Positions 45,214-51,314 of a stretch of 51,314 nt of DNA are shown piece after piece. Position 1 is the stretch's first letter, and every line of letters starts with the position of its first letter. The translations under genes and the position numbers were made by a program. The notes under the pieces were generated by a model, which ran no database searches, had not been told where the DNA came from, and worked only from the letters and a program-made list of their open reading frames with translations. Source of the DNA: Clostridia bacterium. Its GTDB lineage: Bacteria > Bacillota > Peptococcia > DRI-13 > DTU073. The DNA is taken from contig JAQVYD010000001.1 of assembly GCA_028709105.1 (NCBI GenBank), forward strand, positions 1 to 51,314. The letters run 5' to 3'.

Positions 45214-47275
45214 TTAATTTCACCATCCCTACCGACTCGATTTCTATCTGAGGAGGTATTTCATTATAAGAAACTATTGGTATTCCCGGTAAAACTCTTT
45301 CCAGCAGCTTTCTAAAATATCGTCGAATTACAGGTGAAACCAAAACAACAAATTGTTTTCCCATAAAACTTCGTTTTTCAAGCAGTGTTCCTAATTCTTT
45401 AACTATCGCTTGAGCTATACTTGGTTCAATAACCAAATATGTTCCTTGGTCACCGGTTTGTACACTTTCACCAATAATCTTTTCGATCTGAGGATCGATC
45501 GTAAAACAATAGAGCTTACCTTCTTCATCTTTATATAATTGAGCAATCTGTTTAGCTATCTTTTGCCGCACATATTCAGTAAGCAACTCCGGGTCTTTCG
45601 TTAAAGGAGCCCAATCACCTAATGCTTCCATAATCGAAACTAAATCTCTAATCGGCACTCTTTCCTGTAAAAGATTACTTAGAACCTTATGTATTTCCGC
45701 TAAAGAAAGTAAATTCGGAACAACTTCCTCTACTATAGCAGGATATTCCTTTTTTAGGTTATCTAAAAGAGATTTTACATCTTGCCGACTTAAAATATCT
45801 GCAGCGTTATTTTTAAGAAATTCTGTGATATGTGTAGCTAAAACAGAAGGAGGATCAACAACTGTATAACCGGATGTTTCCGCTTGTTCTCTTGAAGAAG
45901 TACCAATCCATTTAGCGGGAAGACCAAAAGCCGGTTCTTTTGTAGGTATTCCTAATATTTCACCCTCACCACCCATAGCCAAATACTGATTTAACATAAT
46001 TTCACCTTGAGCTAAAGGCACACCTCGTAATTTCAAAACATAATTATTAGGGGGCAACTGCATATTATCTCGAATACGGATAGGAGGAATAACCATCCCT
46101 AATTCTAAAGCACACTGTCGACGAATCATAATGACACGTTCCAAAAGGTCACCACCCTGAGCTGTATCGACAAGCGGGATTAAACCATAACCCATTTCTA
46201 ATTCGATCGGATCAACCTGAAGTAATGAATAAACATTTTCAGGCTTTTTCATTGCTACTGCTTCTTCATTATCAATATTTTGCGCTGTCTCCATTGATAA
46301 AGCGGCTTCAGATTTATATAAACTATATGCTAAAAAACCCATGACCAAACCTAAAAAAAGGAAAGGAGGTTTGGGTAATCCCGGGACCAAACCAAGAAGA
46401 ATTAAAACACCGGAAGCAATAGCTAATACTTTAGGTTGGGAAAAAACCTGTCTGGTAATATCTGTCCCTAAACTCTCTTCTGAGGCAGCCCGTGTAACAA
46501 TAATACCCGTTGCGGTTGAAAGAAGGAGAGCCGGAATCTGACTCACTAAGCCATCCCCTACCGTCAGCAGAGTATATCTTTGCGCAACCTCCCCGATACT
46601 ACCCATTTTTTGTTGCAAAAAACCTATCGCCATACCACCTAAAATATTGATTAAGGTAATAACTATACTAGCGATGGCATCACCTTTCACAAATTTACTG
46701 GCACCATCCATAGCTCCATAAAAATCAGCTTCTCGTTGGATTTTTATTCTTCTTTCCCTTGCTTCATCCTCAGAAATCAACCCGGCATTAAGGTCGGCAT
46801 CAATACTCATCTGTTTCCCGGGCATAGCATCAAGGGTAAAGCGGGCCGCTACCTCAGCCACACGTTCAGCACCTTTGGTAATAACGATAAACTGAATAAT
46901 AACCAAAATCAAGAAAATAATAAAACCGACAACAGCATTGCCCCCTACCACAAAATCACCAAATTGATTAATGACTTCACCAGCATAAGCATGTAAAAGA
47001 ATCAAACGAGTAGAAGATATATTTAAAGCCAGCCGATAAAGGGTCATCACCAAAAGCAAAGAAGGGAAAACAGAAAATTCTAAAGGCTCTTTATTATACA
47101 TGGAAACAAGAAGAACAATTAAAGCACAAGTAATATTAAAAACAAGGAGGATATCAAGTAAAAAAGGAGGCAGCGGAATAATCATCATCACAACAATACC
47201 AATTATTACCAAAGCTACGATGATATCGATATGTCTCATTAAATTACGTTGTAAAAATGGTGCCGGCATCTTCAT
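45203..47275 (-). CDS. flhA: Flagellar type III export protein FlhA
   Basis: 690 aa with an N-terminal 8-TM FHIPEP region (GAERVAEVAARFTLDAMPGKQM) and a large cytoplasmic C-domain. Confidence 0.95.
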   Translation of the reverse strand: MKMPAPFLQRNLMRHIDIIVALVIIGIVVMMIIPLPPFLLDILLVFNITCALIVLLVSMYNKEPLEFSVFPSLLLVMTLYRLALNISSTRLILLHAYAGEVINQFGDFVVGGNAVVGFIIFLILVIIQFIVITKGAERVAEVAARFTLDAMPGKQMSIDADLNAGLISEDEARERRIKIQREADFYGAMDGASKFVKGDAIASIVITLINILGGMAIGFLQQKMGSIGEVAQRYTLLTVGDGLVSQIPALLLSTATGIIVTRAASEESLGTDITRQVFSQPKVLAIASGVLILLGLVPGLPKPPFLFLGLVMGFLAYSLYKSEAALSMETAQNIDNEEAVAMKKPENVYSLLQVDPIELEMGYGLIPLVDTAQGGDLLERVIMIRRQCALELGMVIPPIRIRDNMQLPPNNYVLKLRGVPLAQGEIMLNQYLAMGGEGEILGIPTKEPAFGLPAKWIGTSSREQAETSGYTVVDPPSVLATHITEFLKNNAADILSRQDVKSLLDNLKKEYPAIVEEVVPNLLSLAEIHKVLSNLLQERVPIRDLVSIMEALGDWAPLTKDPELLTEYVRQKIAKQIAQLYKDEEGKLYCFTIDPQIEKIIGESVQTGDQGTYLVIEPSIAQAIVKELGTLLEKRSFMGKQFVVLVSPVIRRYFRKLLERVLPGIPIVSYNEIPPQIEIESVGMVKLNAG

Positions 47276-47280
47276 CGCTC

Positions 47281-48357
47281 CTAGAAACGTCCTTTGAATT
47301 TATAAACATATGCCAATACTTCGGCGATCGCTTTATACAACTCAACGGGAATAGGAGAACCAATTTCTACTTCTCGATAAAGAATTTGAGCTAATTTCCT
47401 ATTCTCCACAAGCACGATATTATGTTCTATCGCCACTTCTTTTATTTTCTGTGCAATAAAATCTTTACCTTTAGCCACGACAATAGGTGCGGCCATTTTG
47501 TCTTCATATTTTATAGCTATTGCTAAATGAGTCGGGTTGGTGATAACTACTGTGGCCTCGGGAACTTCCTGCATCATCCGTCGAGAAGCCAATTGCCGTT
47601 GTCTTGCTTTGAGTTCAGCCTTTAAATGAGGATCTCCTTCCACCATTTTAAATTCTTCCTTGATTTCTTGCTTACTCATTTTTAAAGACTTTTCATATTC
47701 ATACAATTGATAAACATAGTCGACAATAGCAATAAGCACAAGGACAGCCAAAATGCGCCAGCCAATGGTGAAAGTAATGTCCCCAATCGTATATAAAGAT
47801 AAGTCGAGAGGAAAATCCATCAAAACAGATAAACGTGGCAATTGTTGATAAAGAAAATAAAAAGCGACAAAACCAACCAAGCATGTTTTTAAAATTGTTT
47901 TAACAAGTTCCGCGATGGCTCGCTTGGAAAAAATTCTTTTCATTCCTTTAAGAGGATTCAACCTGCTAAGATCCATCTTTAATGATTCTGTAGTAAAGAG
48001 GAAACCAATTTGCAGCACATTAGCTATATATCCTGCTATCAGAGCAATAAGCAAAATAGGACCAACCATTTTTGCTATAATAAGCACCGTTTCTGAAATT
48101 AAAAGCATCGCTATATCCACGGTAAATTCTGTCTTTGTATACGTAAAGATATGATAAAAAAAAATTTTGTAATCTTCCATAATATGCGGTAACCAAAACT
48201 TTAAAACTAATAACGTCAAGGTAAGAAGTAAAACAGTAATCACTTCATTACTTTTAACTACCTGTCCCTTTTTTCGGGCTTCCTGCTTACGACGTGGTGT
48301 CGCCTTTTCTGTTTTTTCACCGGCGAAAAACTGTAAATTAATTTTAAACTTTTGCAT
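47281..48357 (-). CDS. flhB: Flagellar export switch protein FlhB
   Basis: LQFFAGEKTEKATP at the N-terminus and the NPTH autocleavage site (VVITNPTHLAIA). ATG 48355-48357 was chosen by homologue N-termini. Its SD is weak or distant. Confidence 0.9.
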   Translation of the reverse strand: MQKFKINLQFFAGEKTEKATPRRKQEARKKGQVVKSNEVITVLLLTLTLLVLKFWLPHIMEDYKIFFYHIFTYTKTEFTVDIAMLLISETVLIIAKMVGPILLIALIAGYIANVLQIGFLFTTESLKMDLSRLNPLKGMKRIFSKRAIAELVKTILKTCLVGFVAFYFLYQQLPRLSVLMDFPLDLSLYTIGDITFTIGWRILAVLVLIAIVDYVYQLYEYEKSLKMSKQEIKEEFKMVEGDPHLKAELKARQRQLASRRMMQEVPEATVVITNPTHLAIAIKYEDKMAAPIVVAKGKDFIAQKIKEVAIEHNIVLVENRKLAQILYREVEIGSPIPVELYKAIAEVLAYVYKFKGRF

Positions 48358-48371
48358 TTGCTTAATCACGA

Positions 48372-49148
48372 TCACCTTAATAAATTATAAATTTGCTGCA
48401 CAACATTATCAAAAGAAGTATTTAATAAATAAATATAAAAAGGAATAGTTACTAAAAGTACAAAAAAGCCTATCAAAATCTTAGCCGGCATCCCCACCAT
48501 GAAAATATTCATTTGAGGAACAGTTCTTGCCATAATCCCCATTACAAAATCTGTTACTAGTAATGTGCCGACAATAGGCATACTAAGTTTACAACCAATA
48601 ATAAAAATGTTCCCGAAATAACTAAGATAATTCTGTATAAAATGTGGGCTAAGGAAAACACACTGCCCAATAGGTATAACCTCATAACTTTCAAAAAGTG
48701 CTTTGATAAAATGATGATGACCATCAATTTGCAAAAATACTAGAATAGCTAACACGAATTTGAAATTTCCCAAAATGGGAGCCTGAGTTCCGCTTAAAGG
48801 ATCGACAACATTCATAATGCCAAAGCCCATCTGTGTATCAATTAACTGCCCCGCCAATTGAACTCCAGCGAAAAAAAACTGAATTATAAGAGCCATAGCT
48901 ATGCCTATAAGCACTTCTGTAAGAATAACAATAAAATACAGCGGTAATTGCAAATTAATAGTAGAAATAGTTTCCCCTATACCTAAAAGCCAAGCAAAGA
49001 AAGTAAGGACCATTAAGAAAAAGACTCGCCACTGTACCGGAATATTCTTCGTGTTAAAAACAGGGATAAAAGAAATTCCCGTAAACCTAGCCAAAAGCAA
49101 CAAAAACTTATCCCACTCTGTCAAAAAACTAACTAGTACATTCATCAA
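48372..49148 (-). CDS. fliR: Flagellar export protein FliR
   Basis: 258-aa polytopic membrane protein in the conserved position between fliQ and flhB. Confidence 0.9.
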   Translation of the reverse strand: MMNVLVSFLTEWDKFLLLLARFTGISFIPVFNTKNIPVQWRVFFLMVLTFFAWLLGIGETISTINLQLPLYFIVILTEVLIGIAMALIIQFFFAGVQLAGQLIDTQMGFGIMNVVDPLSGTQAPILGNFKFVLAILVFLQIDGHHHFIKALFESYEVIPIGQCVFLSPHFIQNYLSYFGNIFIIGCKLSMPIVGTLLVTDFVMGIMARTVPQMNIFMVGMPAKILIGFFVLLVTIPFYIYLLNTSFDNVVQQIYNLLR

Positions 49149-49172
49149 TACATACCCCTAAAATAATAATTT

Positions 49173-49448
49173 CTAAAAGATTAAATGTGGAATCATGGAA
49201 AAAAGATTTGTTGTAAAAGCAACCAGTAAATTCAACATCCAAGGTCCAAAAATAATGAGGCTAATAAAAACCATCGCTATTTTAGGAACAAAAGTTAAAG
49301 TTTGTTCCTGAATTTGCGTAGTGGCTTGGAAGATACTAATTATTAAGCCTACTAATAAGCTAACCCCTAATAAAGGCCCGGATAACAGTAAAATCGTATA
49401 TACTGCTTCTTTCCCCAAATAGATTACAAAGTCCTGCGTCATCTTCAC
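49173..49448 (-). CDS. fliQ: Flagellar export protein FliQ
   Basis: About 89-91 aa with two TM helices and the motif ATTQIQEQTLTFVPK. Confidence 0.9.
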   Translation of the reverse strand: MKMTQDFVIYLGKEAVYTILLLSGPLLGVSLLVGLIISIFQATTQIQEQTLTFVPKIAMVFISLIIFGPWMLNLLVAFTTNLFSMIPHLIF

Positions 49449-49474
49449 ACCTTATCTCATCGTAATATAGTAAA

Positions 49475-50245
49475 TTAGCGGAAACCCAGCAGTAAAGACT
49501 GCACAACTAAATTCCAACCATCTACTAAGATAAACAATAATAACTTAAACGGCAAAGAAATCATCATCGGTGGTAACATCATCATCCCCATAGACATTAA
49601 AGTACTGGCAACAACCATATCGATAATAATAAAGGGGATGTAAATAATAAAACCAATCTGAAAAGCTGTTTTTAATTCGCTAATTGTAAAAGCGGGTATA
49701 ACAACATAAGTAGGAATATCGTCAGGGTTATCCGGTTTAGGTGCTGAAGACATATTAATAAATAAAGCCAAATCCTTTTCCCGCGTCTGTTTTAACATAA
49801 AAGTACGTAAAGGTGTAACTGCATTATGATAAGCTGTTTCCTGAGTTATTTCTTCATGCAAATAAGGTTGTAAGGCATTTTGATTGATTTCACTCCACAC
49901 CGGAGTCATTATAAAAAATGTTAGAAAGAGGGCTAAACCAATTAAAACTTGATTCGGAGGCATTTGCTGTGTAGCTAAAGCATTTCTCAAAAAAGAAAAA
50001 ACAACAATAATTCGTGTAAAAGAAGTCATTAAAATTAAAATAGCAGGCGCAAGTGTCAAAATAGTTAAAAGAGCTAATATTTGTAAAGAAAGAGCAACAT
50101 CTTGAGGGGTATCTGCAGAACCTATTTCCACTCCTATTTTAGGTAAAGGTATAGGAGCAGCGGCAACATCGACTGGCGAAAAAAGAAGGACAACAAGACT
50201 AAGTAGAACCACAAGAATAATTTTCCTTTTAAAAAATCTATTCAC
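49475..50245 (-). CDS. fliP: Flagellar export protein FliP
   Basis: Signal-like N-terminus, then [25 protein letters not shown] and the conserved C-terminal TM pairs. Confidence 0.95.
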   Translation of the reverse strand: MNRFFKRKIILVVLLSLVVLLFSPVDVAAAPIPLPKIGVEIGSADTPQDVALSLQILALLTILTLAPAILILMTSFTRIIVVFSFLRNALATQQMPPNQVLIGLALFLTFFIMTPVWSEINQNALQPYLHEEITQETAYHNAVTPLRTFMLKQTREKDLALFINMSSAPKPDNPDDIPTYVVIPAFTISELKTAFQIGFIIYIPFIIIDMVVASTLMSMGMMMLPPMMISLPFKLLLFILVDGWNLVVQSLLLGFR

Positions 50246-50771
50246 CTTTATCCCTCCCCTGAAAAAGATGACGAGAGAGATGTTGGTTTCTCCGAAATTG
50301 TTCGGCTAATTGTTGTTGAAACTCACCCGTGGTAAGATTTTTTTTATTTGTCAAAGAAGTAATCTTTCTTTTAAATAATCTCTCCATTCCTTTACTTAAT
50401 AAAGCTTCTGATGCCAAGAGATCATTTTTTATTTCTCCCCATCTTTCAGTATGAGGATCTATCTCTTTTAAAATATTAATCTGACCTTCACTAACAGCAA
50501 TAATACAAATAAGACCATCTAATTCCACCAAATATAAACCTCGATTGGCTCCCAATGCCTGATAATCAAAGATTTTAATCCATTTTTTTTGATTTTGCTG
50601 AAGACTCTGCTGTCGCTTAATAAGCCTTAAAACTAAATAAACTGCCAAAATAATAAAAATCAGTGTAAAAATCAGGCGGAAAAACAACGCAGTCACACTT
50701 GGATAAGCAACGACATTATTAATTTCAAGATTTTCCGGCTGCAAAGCAGCAAAAAATATTATAGCTAACAT
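50238..50771 (-). CDS. fliO: FliO/FliZ flagellar export apparatus assembly protein
   Basis: A single TM helix ([22 protein letters not shown]) and a position between cheY and fliP, as for B. subtilis fliZ. Overlaps the fliP start by 8 nt. Confidence 0.7.
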   Translation of the reverse strand: MLAIIFFAALQPENLEINNVVAYPSVTALFFRLIFTLIFIILAVYLVLRLIKRQQSLQQNQKKWIKIFDYQALGANRGLYLVELDGLICIIAVSEGQINILKEIDPHTERWGEIKNDLLASEALLSKGMERLFKRKITSLTNKKNLTTGEFQQQLAEQFRRNQHLSRHLFQGRDKGE

Positions 50772-50784
50772 CTTTCCTCCCTGA

Positions 50785-51147
50785 TTAAACTAATGCTTTT
50801 TGCACTGCTTCCATCACCCGCAAAGGTTGGAAAGGCTTGATAATAAAATCTCGGGCCCCAGCCTGAATAGCTTCAATAACCAAAGCCTGTTGTCCCATAG
50901 CACTACACATAATTATTTTAGCAGTAGCATCAATTTTTTTAATCTCTTTTACTGCTGTAATTCCATCCATTTCCGGCATCGTTATATCCATCGTCACTAA
51001 ATTAGGCCTTAAGTCCTGATACATTGTTATCGCCAAAACACCATTTTCCGCTTCACCCACCACGTCATATCCATTTTTTATGAGTATTTCTTTAAGCAGC
51101 ATCCTCATAAAAGCAGCATCATCAACTATTAATATTCTTTGCGCCAT
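50785..51147 (-). CDS. cheY: Chemotaxis response regulator CheY
   Basis: 120-aa stand-alone receiver domain with ILIVDDAAFMR, the phospho-Asp context VTMDITMPEMDG, CSAMG and a conserved IIKPF Lys. Confidence 0.9.
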   Translation of the reverse strand: MAQRILIVDDAAFMRMLLKEILIKNGYDVVGEAENGVLAITMYQDLRPNLVTMDITMPEMDGITAVKEIKKIDATAKIIMCSAMGQQALVIEAIQAGARDFIIKPFQPLRVMEAVQKALV

Positions 51148-51182
51148 AAATGAAGCTCACCTCATTTCCATATCTTCCCTGC

Positions 51183-51314
51183 TTATTTTAAATTTCTAAT
51201 TCTTTCTGTTGGTGAAACTATTTCTGTAACTCTTACGCCAAAGTTTTCGTCAATAATGATAACTTCTCCTTTAGCTAAAAGATTATCATTAATTAAAATA
51301 TCTACAGGTTCTCC
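51183..51314 (-). CDS. fliY: C-terminal fragment of flagellar switch protein FliN/FliY (gene continues beyond the right edge)
   Basis: The minus-strand translation [43 protein letters not shown] matches the SpoA/FliN C-terminal domain. The position upstream of cheY is the same as in B. subtilis. Confidence 0.85.
   Translation of the reverse strand, partial: GEPVDILINDNLLAKGEVIIIDENFGVRVTEIVSPTERIRNLK

Noticed and set aside
1-51314. A window-wide search for CRISPR arrays, tandem or long direct repeats, tRNA/rRNA genes, IS elements, integrases, prophage genes, toxin-antitoxin pairs and known defence-system signatures.
   Set aside because: None were seen. Intergenic gaps are at most ~190 nt and are accounted for by promoters, terminators and leaders. 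Every ORF over 100 aa on the coding strand has a housekeeping, sporulation or flagellar assignment, apart from the few hypotheticals listed. Repeat detection by eye is imperfect, so a dot-plot or repeat finder should confirm this.

Overview
This is a 51.3-kb, gene-dense chromosomal core segment from a low-GC, endospore-forming, flagellated Firmicute, as shown by Spo0A, SpoIVB, a YtvI-like permease and a sigma-D fla/che operon. I call 60 CDS. That count includes one doubtful 45-codon ORF and two edge-truncated genes. CDS coordinates include the stop codon, as in the ORF track. 58 of the 60 lie on the minus strand, with many 1-17 nt start/stop overlaps, so they form long co-oriented operons. In + coordinate order the window holds:
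- an unknown partial gene;
- a lone plus-strand, A/T-rich Cof-type HAD phosphatase;
- spo0A-spoIVB-recN-argR-mnmM-nadK-tlyA-dxs-ispA-xseB-xseA-folD-nusB;
- an Asp23/AmaP/DUF2273 stress module;
- ribF-truB-nrnA-rbfA-infB-ylxQ-ylxR-nusA-rimP;
- a coupled GT2 glycosyltransferase + MgtC pair sitting where Firmicutes normally carry polC;
- proS-ispG-rseP-dxr-(YtvI-like permease)-cdsA-uppS-frr-pyrH-tsf-rpsB;
- the distal half of a fla/che operon: fliN/Y fragment, cheY, fliOPQR, flhBAFG, PilZ receptor, cheAWCD, sigD, a FapA-like protein and two unassigned small proteins.
The window therefore joins two gene strings that lie in separate regions of the B. subtilis chromosome. I found no rRNA, tRNA, CRISPR array, transposase, integrase, or recognisable defence or toxin system, and no intergenic gap exceeds about 190 nt. 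I cannot point to a clear-cut novel system. The best candidates for undescribed biology are:
- the three-gene tail of the fla/che operon (35747-38130);
- the GT2+MgtC pair in the polC slot (23376-24680);
- several cis-regulatory structures: the rimP-nusA leader terminator, a terminator abutting the uppS SD, and the rpsB leader with a 6-codon uORF.
Several ORF-track starts are over-extended. I re-set them where a strong Shine-Dalgarno sequence and homologue N-termini agree. All family calls come from motif recognition by eye, not database searches.
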